A DNA stretch of 60,498 bases from Kiloniellales bacterium. Its GTDB lineage: Bacteria > Pseudomonadota > Alphaproteobacteria > Kiloniellales > JAKSBE01. Below are positions 40,608 to 49,335 of the stretch, in pieces. Made by a program: the position numbers and the translations under genes. The stretch covers positions 1 to 60,498 of the forward strand of contig JAKSBE010000301.1 of NCBI GenBank assembly GCA_022361275.1. The letters are read 5' to 3'. The first letter of the stretch is position 1; each line of letters begins with the position of its first letter. Below the pieces are notes generated by a model that was not told the origin of the DNA, did not search any database, and was given only the letters and a program-made list of their open reading frames with translations.

Positions 40608-40662
40608 TAGTGTCCCTTTGATTCTGCAATTCGCTCTCGCGAATTTCAGAATCGGGACACTA
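40608..40662 (-). terminator. Long imperfect hairpin overlapping the secF stop codon
   Basis: TAGTGTCCC-TTTGATTCTGCAATTCGC / GCGAATTTCAGAATC-GGGACACTA. On the minus strand it starts at the TAG of secF and is followed by AAGTTGTTGAAT. Confidence 0.4.
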
Positions 40663-41604
40663 GCGCGCCACCACCTCTTTCGAGCCTTCCGGCTCCGGCG
40701 CGGCGACCTGGCTGTGGCGCAGGTTCATCAGCATCAGCAGCGGCGTCGCCACCCCGATCGAGGAGTAGGTGCCGACCAGCACGCCCCAGATCAGCGCCAG
40801 GCTGAAGCCGCGCACCACGTGCCCGCCGAAGACCGAGAGCGCGATCAGGGCCAGCAGGGTGGTGATCGAGGTCAGCAGGGTCCGCGAGAGGGTGGCGTTC
40901 AGCGCCATGTTGAGCACTTCGCTGACCGGAACCTTCTTGTATTTGCGCAGGCTCTCCCGGACCCGGTCGAAGACCACCACCGTGTCGTTGATCGAATAGC
41001 CGGCGATGGTCAGGATCGCCGCCACGCTCGCCAGGTTGAACTCCAGCCCGGTGATGACGAAGAAGCCGATCGTGGTGATCACGTCATGGGTCAGGGCCAG
41101 CAGCGCCGCCACGCTGAACTGCCATTCGAAGCGGAACCAGATGTAGAGCGCGATCGCGCCGAGGGCGAGGATCGTCGCGATCAGGGCGGCTTCCTTCAGT
41201 TCGCCGCCGACCTTGGGCCCGACGAACTCGGTGCGGCGGTACTCGACCACGGTGTCCGCCAGGGCTTCCTTGATCACCGCGATGGCGGCGTTCTGGGCTT
41301 CGTCGCCGCCGTCCTGGCGCTGGACGTTGATCAGGACGTCCGTCGGCTCGTCCAGGGACTGCAAGGTCACCTCGCCGAGGCCGAGGCCGCCGAGCCGGCT
41401 GCGCAGGGCGCCGAGGTCGGCCGGCCCTGCGGTGCGCACCTCCAGCATCACGCCGCCGCGGAAGTCGACGCCGTAGTTGAGGCCGGTGGTCATGAACAGC
41501 CCCAGCGAGGCCACGACCAGCACGGCGGACAGGGTCAGCGCCAGGCGGTAGCGGCCGATGAAGTTGATTTTGGGCTCGGTCGGAAGGCGTTTGATCAGTG
41601 CCAT
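40660..41604 (-). CDS. secF: Protein translocase subunit SecF
   Basis: 314 aa. INFIGRYRLALTLSAVLVVASL..., YGVDFRGG, and an SSD-like C-terminal 6-TM region (GYSINDTVVVFDRVRE). Confidence 0.93.
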   Translation of the reverse strand: MALIKRLPTEPKINFIGRYRLALTLSAVLVVASLGLFMTTGLNYGVDFRGGVMLEVRTAGPADLGALRSRLGGLGLGEVTLQSLDEPTDVLINVQRQDGGDEAQNAAIAVIKEALADTVVEYRRTEFVGPKVGGELKEAALIATILALGAIALYIWFRFEWQFSVAALLALTHDVITTIGFFVITGLEFNLASVAAILTIAGYSINDTVVVFDRVRESLRKYKKVPVSEVLNMALNATLSRTLLTSITTLLALIALSVFGGHVVRGFSLALIWGVLVGTYSSIGVATPLLMLMNLRHSQVAAPEPEGSKEVVAR

Positions 41605-41618
41605 GTTCGCTCTCGCCC

Positions 41619-43169
41619 CTAGATCGGCAGCAGTTTCGGCTTGGTCCGGCGGAGCCAGCCGACCACGAAGACGCGGGTCACCATGATCGCGGTGAACATC
41701 GAGGTCACCAGGCCGATCGCGAGGGTCACCGCAAAGCCCTTGATCGGGCCGGTGCCGAAGACGAAGAGGATCGTTGCGGCGATCAGGGTCGTCAGGTTGG
41801 CGTCGATGATGGTCGTCAGCGCCCGGCGATAGCCGGTGTCGATGGCGGTCACCGGGCCCCGGCCGGCCCGCTCCTCCTCGCGGATGCGCTCGAAGATCAG
41901 GACGTTGGCATCGACCGCCATGCCGATGGTGAGCACGATCCCGGCGATGCCCGGCAGCGTCAGGGTGGCCTGCAGGACCGAAAGCGCCGCGACGATCAGC
42001 ACCAGGTTGGCGATCAGCGCCACGTTCGCCATCAGGCCGAACTTGCCATAGGAGACCGCCATGAAGATGATGACGAAGAGCATGCCGAGGATGCAGGCGA
42101 TCTCGCCGGCGGCGATGGAGTCCTCGCCGAGGCTGGCGCCGACCGAGCGCTCCTCGAGAATGGTCACGTCGGCCGGCAGGGCGCCGGCGCGCAGAAGCAA
42201 AGCCAGGTCCTGCGCCGACTGCAGCGAGAAGCGGCCGCTGATCTGGCCGTTGCCGCCCAGGATCGGCTCCTGGATGCGGGGCGCGCTGATCACCCTCTCG
42301 TCGAGCACGATGGCGAAGATCCGCCCGACGTTGTCCTGGGTCGCCCGGCCGAACCTGCGGGCGCCGATGGAATCGAAGCGGAAGGCCACCACGGGCTGGC
42401 CGTACTGGTCGTAGGTCGCCTGGGCATCGTCCAGGTTCTCGCCCCGTACCATGGCCCGGCGCTCGACCGCATAGCGGATGCCTTCCTCCTCGGCCGAGGG
42501 CAGGAAGATGTGGCCCGGCGGCGGCCGCCCCGAGGAGGCATCGACGGCCGGGTTGACGAAGTGGAAGGTCAACTGCGCGGTCTGCCCGAGGATGTCCTTG
42601 ATCCGCTCCGGGTCCTCGACGCCCGGGACCTGGACCAGGACCCGGTCGGCGCCCTGGCGCTGCACCGTGGCCTCGGTCAGCCCGGACTCGTTGACGCGCA
42701 GCCCGATGACCTCGATGACCTGGCTCATGACGCTGGTCCGGATTTCGCGCATGCGCTCCTCCGGCACGTCGATCTCGATTCTCGGGCCGTCCTGGGAGAC
42801 CACGTAGGTCTGGACGTCGTTGCGGATCAGCTCCCGGGCGCGCTCCATCTCGCTGGGATCGCGCAGCACGATGAAGATCTCGTTGCCCTGGACGCCGGAG
42901 CTGTGATTGATCCGGGTACGGCGCAGCGGCGCGGTGATGCCGTCGGCGATGTTGTCCAGGCGTTCGGCCACCGCCTTCTCGAGCTGAACCTCCATCAGCA
43001 GGTAGGAGCCGCCCCGCAGGTCGAGGCCGAGATTGATCTTCTTACTGGGCAGCCAGCTCGGAACCTCCTGCGTGAGGTCGGTCTCGATCATGTTGGGCGA
43101 GGCGTAGGCCAGGCCCAGCAGTACCACCACCGCCGCCAGGATGACCTGCCATTTCGGAAGCTGAACCAT
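41619..43169 (-). CDS. secD: Protein translocase subunit SecD
   Basis: 516 aa. INLGLDLRGGSYLLMEV..., the periplasmic P1 domain, LTLPGIAGIVLTIGMAVDANVLIFERIREE. Confidence 0.93.
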   Translation of the reverse strand: MVQLPKWQVILAAVVVLLGLAYASPNMIETDLTQEVPSWLPSKKINLGLDLRGGSYLLMEVQLEKAVAERLDNIADGITAPLRRTRINHSSGVQGNEIFIVLRDPSEMERARELIRNDVQTYVVSQDGPRIEIDVPEERMREIRTSVMSQVIEVIGLRVNESGLTEATVQRQGADRVLVQVPGVEDPERIKDILGQTAQLTFHFVNPAVDASSGRPPPGHIFLPSAEEEGIRYAVERRAMVRGENLDDAQATYDQYGQPVVAFRFDSIGARRFGRATQDNVGRIFAIVLDERVISAPRIQEPILGGNGQISGRFSLQSAQDLALLLRAGALPADVTILEERSVGASLGEDSIAAGEIACILGMLFVIIFMAVSYGKFGLMANVALIANLVLIVAALSVLQATLTLPGIAGIVLTIGMAVDANVLIFERIREEERAGRGPVTAIDTGYRRALTTIIDANLTTLIAATILFVFGTGPIKGFAVTLAIGLVTSMFTAIMVTRVFVVGWLRRTKPKLLPI

Positions 43170-43234
43170 GAGGATTTCGCGATCCGCTAACGCTTTGTCT
43201 CAGATAAGGTCTGAGCCCCCTCTTTCCAGGGGCA

Positions 43235-43645
43235 TCAGCCGGATTTGCCGCCGCCGAAGAGCTTGAACCCGCCCTTCTTGGCCGGCTCCTGGGTCTGGGC
43301 GCCTTCGCCGCCGCCTTGTTCGTTCCGGTTGGCCGGCTCGGCCTTCTGCAGCACCTCGCTGATCGTCGAGCGGACGACCCGGATCCGGACGTTCTCGGCG
43401 ATCTCGACCTGCAGCTCGCTGTCGCTGACGACCTTGGTCACGGTCCCGAAGACCCCGCCGGCGGTCACCACCTTGTCCCCGCGGCGCAGGGCCTGAACCA
43501 TGGCCCGGTGGTCCTTGATGCGCTTCTGCTGGGGGCGGATCAGCAGGAAGTAGAAGACGACGCCGATCAGGATCAGCGGCACGAAGGTCATGAAGGGGTC
43601 AGGCGCCGCCGCCGCGCCCTGGGCATAAGCCGGGGAAATCAGCAT
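43235..43645 (-). CDS. yajC: Preprotein translocase subunit YajC
   Basis: 136 aa. FVPLILIGVVFYFLLIRPQQKRIKDHRAMVQALRRGDKVVTAGGVFGTVTKV. Confidence 0.9.
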   Translation of the reverse strand: MLISPAYAQGAAAAPDPFMTFVPLILIGVVFYFLLIRPQQKRIKDHRAMVQALRRGDKVVTAGGVFGTVTKVVSDSELQVEIAENVRIRVVRSTISEVLQKAEPANRNEQGGGEGAQTQEPAKKGGFKLFGGGKSG

Positions 43646-43851
43646 TCTTGGCTCCTTCTCGGAATCAGCGCGCGACTATAGACCTCCAAGCGGGTTTTGC
43701 AACGATTCCGGCCCGCTCGGCGCCGGCCTCGCGGCGTCTTGAGCGGCACTGCGGCCCCGGGGCCCGCGTTGACGCCCCGGCGGACGGCCGATAGGCTTCG
43801 GCAGCCCTGAAAAGTGGGAGCCGGGGCTTTCTTCGTAACCGGAGAGGACGG

Positions 43852-44730
43852 ATGAGCCGGCTGCCGGCCAAGGACCTGCCCCTGCTGCTGCGGCGAATCG
43901 CCGACGCCCTCGAGCGGCTGGCGCCCCTGCCCCCGGCGCTGGTCTCGCTGGACGCCGCCGACGCCTTCGTCTGGCACGCCGAGGGCGACCACCTGGAGCC
44001 GGTGCCCCGGGTCAACCGGGTCGAGATCGGCCTGTTGAAGGGCGTGGAGCGCCAGCAGGCGACCCTGCTGGAGAACACCCGCCGCTTCGCCCAGGGCCTG
44101 CCGGCCAACAACGCCCTGCTCTGGGGCGCCCGGGGCATGGGCAAGAGCTCCCTGGTCAAGGCCGTGCACGCCGCCGTCAACGCCGCCGCGGCCGAGGCCG
44201 GGCAGGCCACCCTGGCCCTGGTCGAGATCCACCGGGAGGACATCCCGGGCCTGCCGCGCCTGCTGCAGCGCCTGCGCGCGGCCGCGCGGCGCTGCCTGCT
44301 GTTCTGCGACGACCTGAGCTTCGACAGCGCCGATACCAGCTACAAGTCCCTCAAGGCGGTCCTGGAGGGTGGAATCGAGGGCCGGCCCGAGAACGTGCTG
44401 TTCTACGCCACTTCGAACCGGCGCCACCTCATGCCGCGGGAGATGATCGAGAACGAGCGCTCGACCGCGATCACCCCCTCCGAGGCGGTCGAAGAGAAGG
44501 TCAGCCTCTCGGACCGTTTCGGCCTCTGGCTCGGCTTCCACAACTGCGACCAGGACACCTACTTCGCGATGATCGAGGGTTACGCCGCCTACTACGGCCT
44601 GGAGCTCCCGAGCGAGCAGATCAGGGCCGAGGCCAAGGAATGGGCCGTGACCCGCGGCAGCCGCTCGGGCCGGGTCGCCTGGCAGTACGTCCAGGACCTG
44701 GCCGGCCGCCTCGGAAAGCCCCTGGCCTGA
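43852..44730 (+). CDS. DUF815-type AAA/P-loop ATP-binding protein
   Basis: 292 aa. NNALLWGARGMGKSSLVKAV (Walker A), LLFCDDLSF (Walker B), YATSNRRHLMP. Divergent from yajC. Confidence 0.72.
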   Translation: MSRLPAKDLPLLLRRIADALERLAPLPPALVSLDAADAFVWHAEGDHLEPVPRVNRVEIGLLKGVERQQATLLENTRRFAQGLPANNALLWGARGMGKSSLVKAVHAAVNAAAAEAGQATLALVEIHREDIPGLPRLLQRLRAAARRCLLFCDDLSFDSADTSYKSLKAVLEGGIEGRPENVLFYATSNRRHLMPREMIENERSTAITPSEAVEEKVSLSDRFGLWLGFHNCDQDTYFAMIEGYAAYYGLELPSEQIRAEAKEWAVTRGSRSGRVAWQYVQDLAGRLGKPLA

Positions 44731-44886
44731 GCCCGAACCTCGACCGTCAAGACCAAGCGGCCGCGATTGAACTCGGCAGCAAGACACCTTATCATCATCA
44801 TCCAGCGTGTGACAGTTGAAGACCGCGAATGGGCCCTTGCGGGTTTCGGCAACCGCTTCGGAAACAGCCCGCATAGGGTCGGCGCG

Positions 44887-45513
44887 ATGAGCACTGCGCG
44901 CAGCCGCTTTTTCCTCGCCACCTTGGTGGCCCTCTTAATCTTCGCACTGGCCTGGTTTTTCGCGATCCGCTCGCTCGCCGGATCCGAGGGCCCGACACTC
45001 AGCGAGCCGGCGCCCGAGGTCGCCTGTGATGCGGGAGGCTGCGACGTCAGGATGACGGCCTGGGTCGAAGGCCGACAAGTCCGTTCAGAGCCCTTGCCGT
45101 TTCGCGCGCAGAGCGCCGAGATCGAGCCGATCCCCGCCGACGCCAGCTTCGGTCATGTCCTGCCCGGCCAGAAGGCGCGGGACCTGACGGCCTGGGCGAT
45201 CGGACACGAGGAGAACGGCATCGGCTTGGCCGTCGAGATCTTCGACACCGGCGTCGGCGGCCCCGCGGTCCTGGTGTTTCAGACCGCGGGCTTCGACCAC
45301 GTCAAGCGGGCCCATGTCGTCCTAACCTTCGACGGCATCGGTCTCGTCGCCATCAAGCAGCGCATCGAGGGTCCAGGCCCCGATTTCATCAGCATGGCCC
45401 CCGTCGATGGTGGCATCGGGCTGAGGCGCGTGGCGCCCGACGGGGTCGTCACATCGGAAACCCTGGAGTGGCGTCCCGGACCCTCTGGGCCGGAGCTTTC
45501 TCCTAACCCATAG
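44887..45513 (+). CDS. Hypothetical N-terminally membrane-anchored protein
   Basis: Trimmed to ATG 44887. MSTARSRFFLATLVALLIFALAWFFAIRSL is followed by ~180 non-hydrophobic residues with a CDAGGC pair. No family recognised; weak SD. Confidence 0.45.
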   Translation: MSTARSRFFLATLVALLIFALAWFFAIRSLAGSEGPTLSEPAPEVACDAGGCDVRMTAWVEGRQVRSEPLPFRAQSAEIEPIPADASFGHVLPGQKARDLTAWAIGHEENGIGLAVEIFDTGVGGPAVLVFQTAGFDHVKRAHVVLTFDGIGLVAIKQRIEGPGPDFISMAPVDGGIGLRRVAPDGVVTSETLEWRPGPSGPELSPNP

Positions 45514-45567
45514 CCTCATGCGGCGCCAGCGCCCGCCAAGCTCGATAGCTAAGGAGAGAAATTCGCG

Positions 45568-46692
45568 GTGCAGACACTGGCGCAAGCCGTCGGACCGGGT
45601 CAGTCGAATGCCCGCCACGATGTGGCTTTGGTCCAGGCAGCGCTCAAGCTCATCGGCGGGCCCCAGGGTCGACCCTACCTCGGCGGCCGCATTGATGGCG
45701 GCTATGGTCCGATTACTGAAGGGGCTATCGGCGTGTTTCAAGCCGACCACGGCGGCGATGCGGCGCCGATCGCCCCGCTGGTGATCACGCCGGGAGGCAA
45801 CACCCAAACGAACTTGGCGCGGCTATTGCCCGCCGATCGACGCGACCTTCGCGTGCTTCAAGGCCAGCGTGTCGTCTACCTCGGCCGTCCGACCTCGGAC
45901 GCAAACGCGGCGGCGCAGGCGATCCGCGTCGACCCCAACCTGAGACCGGCCTTTCGGGCCCGCGTCGCGGATCTGGTCCAGGCCATGCATCGCGCCCACG
46001 GGCTGGTGCTGAGCATGACACCGAATGGCGGGCGAAGGACCTTCGCCGAGCAGGCACTGATTCTGCCGCCGCGCTCCTACGCCGGGCCAGGAGAGAGCAA
46101 CCACAACTATGGCAACGCGGTCGATCTCGGGTTCAACGGGACCGTGTGGCTCCAGCAGGACGGTCACGTCGAGACGGACAACCATTGGCTGAGCGCCCTA
46201 GAACGTCACGAGGCGCCGGCGGCAACGGCGATGTGGGACGCGCGGGACACGATCGCGCTGCGGGCGCCGATCGGACTGTTCCGCCTTCGTTTCGAGCGGA
46301 TCCATCTTCAAGAATTCGATCAGGCCACGACCAGTTCGGGCCGTTCCCTCGCCGCGCATCTGACCGCCGTCGGGGCCTGGAACTGGCAAACCTCGCGCTA
46401 CGACAGGGCCGCACGCGATTGGCACTATGCCTGCGATTTGGGGGGAACGACCGGAGCCTTCGTGGCCGTCGGCACCACGAACCAGATCTGGGCCGGCAAT
46501 GCCACGGTCACCGCGGCGGAGATCCAAAGCGCCGGCTGGGTCCGGCCGGCGCCGCTCGGTGGTCCGCCGGGTACGCCCCGGGCGGCGACCCCGCCGATCA
46601 CGCCCGCGGATGTCGCAGCCGTCCGCGCGTCGCTGCAGGCGGACTTTCAGGCCGCTGACCGGGGTTGGGCGCGCTGGGCACCGGTCCCCTAG
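45568..46692 (+). CDS. Peptidoglycan-binding domain + LAS/M15-type metallopeptidase-like protein, no signal peptide
   Basis: GTG start 9 nt after an AAGGAGAG SD. HDVALVQAALKLIG...IDGGYGPITEGAIGVFQ is PG_binding_1-like. GGRRTFAEQALI...AGPGESNHNYGNAVDL (H-x6-D) and a later ERIHLQ fit the zinc ligands of VanY/M15-type enzymes. The ~170-aa C-terminal extension is unknown. Confidence 0.6.
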   Translation: MQTLAQAVGPGQSNARHDVALVQAALKLIGGPQGRPYLGGRIDGGYGPITEGAIGVFQADHGGDAAPIAPLVITPGGNTQTNLARLLPADRRDLRVLQGQRVVYLGRPTSDANAAAQAIRVDPNLRPAFRARVADLVQAMHRAHGLVLSMTPNGGRRTFAEQALILPPRSYAGPGESNHNYGNAVDLGFNGTVWLQQDGHVETDNHWLSALERHEAPAATAMWDARDTIALRAPIGLFRLRFERIHLQEFDQATTSSGRSLAAHLTAVGAWNWQTSRYDRAARDWHYACDLGGTTGAFVAVGTTNQIWAGNATVTAAEIQSAGWVRPAPLGGPPGTPRAATPPITPADVAAVRASLQADFQAADRGWARWAPVP

Positions 46693-46763
46693 AGTGTGAT
46701 GATTTGATGCCAGCTCGGCTTCAAATCTGAATCTTGCTCTACTTCAACGGCTTAGAGCACGAT
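46689..46763. repeat. Possible degenerate third member of the CTAGAG...TAGAGCACGAT mosaic element family
   Basis: It starts CTAGAG on the stop codon of the preceding gene, as at 25050. It contains hairpin GATTTGA-N13-TCAAATC, then CTTGCTCTACTTCAACGG (14/17 match to TTGCTCTAACTCTACGG of the right copy). It ends TAGAGCACGAT, an exact 11-mer also found at 25150..25160. Confidence 0.4.
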
Positions 46764-46858
46764 TGTATGTATTTGTCTCATATAGTCAGATACCTCCCCG
46801 AGACGCGATGGCGCCACGGAGCTTCCATCCTTCTGGCGTTCGCTCCGTCCGAACGGCT

Positions 46859-47422
46859 CTAAGAGACCACGTCGATCGAGTTGAAGATCCGCTCGACGTT
46901 CTGGTTCTGGGTCGGGAAGTAATGCGAAATGGGCGCGGTGAAGACGATCAGGTGCAACTCGCCATTCGCAACCGCGCCGATGGCCTTGCCGCCGTAGTTC
47001 AGGCCGTCCTCGGAGGAAAAGACGAACTCGAAGCGGAAGCCGGGGAGCCTGCCGAACTTGGCCGGCCGCAGCTTGCTGCTCCGGACTCGCTGGTTGCCCG
47101 CGTAGGCCAGACTGCCGGTCACCAGTTCCATGATCTGGTTGGCCCGCATCTTGGACTTGAAGGCCGGCGGATCGCCGGCGTTGGGGTCGGGCGAGACCAA
47201 GCCCATACCGTCCTGAATACCGGCGAAGAAGCTGAGCTCGTCGAGGGCCCGCCCGTTGATGGTCCAGGCCTCGCCGTGATCGATCGCGATTCCGGTCCAG
47301 GCGACCGGCGTGGTGACCCTGTAGCGCTCGGCGATGGTCTGCTGGCTCGGCTCGACCAGCCTGTAGGGGCTGCAGGACGCGAGGAGAACGAGCAGCAGCA
47401 GGCAGGAAATCGTGGTTCTCAT
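46859..47422 (-). CDS. Hypothetical lipoprotein
   Basis: Trimmed to ATG 47422..47420. MRTTISCLLLLVLLASCSP has lipobox LLASC. No family recognised. Lies 7 nt after the M48 gene stop. Confidence 0.6.
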   Translation of the reverse strand: MRTTISCLLLLVLLASCSPYRLVEPSQQTIAERYRVTTPVAWTGIAIDHGEAWTINGRALDELSFFAGIQDGMGLVSPDPNAGDPPAFKSKMRANQIMELVTGSLAYAGNQRVRSSKLRPAKFGRLPGFRFEFVFSSEDGLNYGGKAIGAVANGELHLIVFTAPISHYFPTQNQNVERIFNSIDVVS

Positions 47423-47429
47423 GACCGCC

Positions 47430-48581
47430 TCAGTTGAGCTGGTTGATGTAGTCTTCGACCATTGCGCGGTCGTCCGCCCGCGGCCTGTGGCGCAGGTACT
47501 GCCGGAACGCGGCCTGCGCCTCCTGGGGGCGCTCGATCGACCAGAGCACCAGGCCCAGGGAGCGATAGGTCTCGCTCGGGGCCTTCCGGGTCTTGAGGGC
47601 GGCGTGATAGGCCGTGATGGCCCTGGCGGCGTCGCCCTCCTCGTCGCGCAGGCGGTACATCTCGCCGCGAAGGAAATGGACCCCGGCCGGATCGACGCCG
47701 GAGTCCGCAAGGTGCGCCATCAGAACCTCGATCCGGGCGTAGTCGCGGCGCTGCAACTCGTCGCGCAGCCAGTCCATCCGGTGACGCGCCGTCAGACCGA
47801 TGAAATCCGCCCGGCCGACGCGACCGCCCTTTAGAACTTGCGCCAGGGCCGCCAGGGTGTCCCGGCGTTCCTCGGTCGGCGGATGGGTCGCGAAGAAGAG
47901 GGAGCCGCCGTCGTCGGCCGCCTCCTTCTCGCGGATCAGGTAGTCCCAGACCCCGGTGGCTTCGGCGCCGCTGTAGCCGGCGCGCTGGATCATGGCCATC
48001 CCGATCCGGTCGGCCTGGCGCTCGTACTCCCGGGAATAGGACATGACGCCGCCCAGCGCGCCGAGGGTCGCGAGGTCGCCGATCAGGCCAAGCCCGGTCA
48101 TCGCGGTCGCGAGCTGGAAGAAGGCCATGCCGCTCGAGGTGTCGCGCAGGTCCCGCCAGTGCTTCAGGCTGTGCCGCTGGACGTAGTGGGCCAACTCGTG
48201 CGCGAGCACGTGGGCGAGCTGGGCCTCGTTCTCGCAGCGCAGCAGCAGGCCGGTCCAGACCACCATCATGCCGTTCGGCGCCATGCTGGCGTTGAAGCCG
48301 GGCGTGCGGACGACGTAGACCCGCACGTCCTGGCAGTACTCCAGCGCCAGCCGGCAGACGATCCCCTCCAGGTAGGCCTGCAGGGCCGGGTCCTCGACCA
48401 CCTGGCCGGAGTTGCGCAGATCCGCCTCGACCCGGTCCATGCGCATCCAGAGCCCGGCCTCGTCGGTCTCGAGATCCGGCCGCTCGCCCGGCTGGATGTC
48501 CTGGATGCTGCTGGCCGAGGAACAGGCCGACAGCAGGAGGCCGACCAGGATCGGCGCCAAACGCCTTTGCAGCCCCGACAT
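47430..48581 (-). CDS. M48-family zinc metalloprotease with C-terminal TPR-like region, lipoprotein
   Basis: Trimmed to ATG 48581..48579. MSGLQRRLAPILVGLLLSACSS (lipobox), HVLAHELAHYVQRH (HExxH), EYERQADRIG, then TPR-like helices (YHAALKTRKAPSETYRSLGLVLWSIERPQEAQAAFRQYL). Confidence 0.75.
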   Translation of the reverse strand: MSGLQRRLAPILVGLLLSACSSASSIQDIQPGERPDLETDEAGLWMRMDRVEADLRNSGQVVEDPALQAYLEGIVCRLALEYCQDVRVYVVRTPGFNASMAPNGMMVVWTGLLLRCENEAQLAHVLAHELAHYVQRHSLKHWRDLRDTSSGMAFFQLATAMTGLGLIGDLATLGALGGVMSYSREYERQADRIGMAMIQRAGYSGAEATGVWDYLIREKEAADDGGSLFFATHPPTEERRDTLAALAQVLKGGRVGRADFIGLTARHRMDWLRDELQRRDYARIEVLMAHLADSGVDPAGVHFLRGEMYRLRDEEGDAARAITAYHAALKTRKAPSETYRSLGLVLWSIERPQEAQAAFRQYLRHRPRADDRAMVEDYINQLN

Positions 48582-48591
48582 CGCGGCCGTC

Positions 48592-49335
48592 CTAGAAGGG
48601 CAGCGCCGCGAGCAGCACCCGCGAGGCGTCGACCGCGGCCTCCGCTTCACGCAGGTCACCGCTGCCCCGGCGGAACTCGTTGAACCAGACGATCCTGCCG
48701 CTGCGCAGGTCGACCAGTGACGCGAAGCCGCTCTGCTGGCCGCCGTGGGCCTGCTGGAACAGGATGGAGGTCACGACGTTGAGCGCGATGCGCGCGTCGC
48801 TGGAAAAGCTGTCCCGGAAATGGACGAAGAGCGCGTAGTCTGCCTTGTAGGCTTGGCCGAGCACGGCGGCGTCCCGGCCGAGGGTCCACTCGAACCTGCC
48901 CTTCTTGCTCGGCAGCGGCGGCAGGCGGCCGTACTCGTAGAGACGGATCGAGGTCCCGACGATCCGGTGCAGCTTGACCAGTTGGGAGACCTTACGGCTG
49001 CGGATCAGCTTGCCGTTGCGGTTGATGTGCACCCAGTTGGCGCCGAGATCCGCCAGGACCCTTTCCAGGCCCCTGTCGATATTGATCTCGGCCGCCGCGG
49101 TCCAGGCCGCGTTCGGCTCCAGCAAGCCACCGACGGTCAGCTCCGAGACCTCGACGTCCGGCTGCATGATCAGCACCTTCGCGCCGTGCAGCGACTGCGC
49201 CGACGGATCGCTCCGCACGCTGGCGGGCATCTGCGCACAGGCGGAAAGAAACAGCCCGAGGAGCAAGACGGCGAACCAGGATCTGGTCCGTCCGGGGACG
49301 GAAGTCGACGGCTTCGACACCGGGAGCATGGCCAT
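48592..49335 (-). CDS. Hypothetical lipoprotein
   Basis: 247 aa. ...WFAVLLLGLFLSACAQ contains a lipobox. No family recognised. First gene of a tightly spaced three-gene unit. Confidence 0.6.
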   Translation of the reverse strand: MAMLPVSKPSTSVPGRTRSWFAVLLLGLFLSACAQMPASVRSDPSAQSLHGAKVLIMQPDVEVSELTVGGLLEPNAAWTAAAEINIDRGLERVLADLGANWVHINRNGKLIRSRKVSQLVKLHRIVGTSIRLYEYGRLPPLPSKKGRFEWTLGRDAAVLGQAYKADYALFVHFRDSFSSDARIALNVVTSILFQQAHGGQQSGFASLVDLRSGRIVWFNEFRRGSGDLREAEAAVDASRVLLAALPF

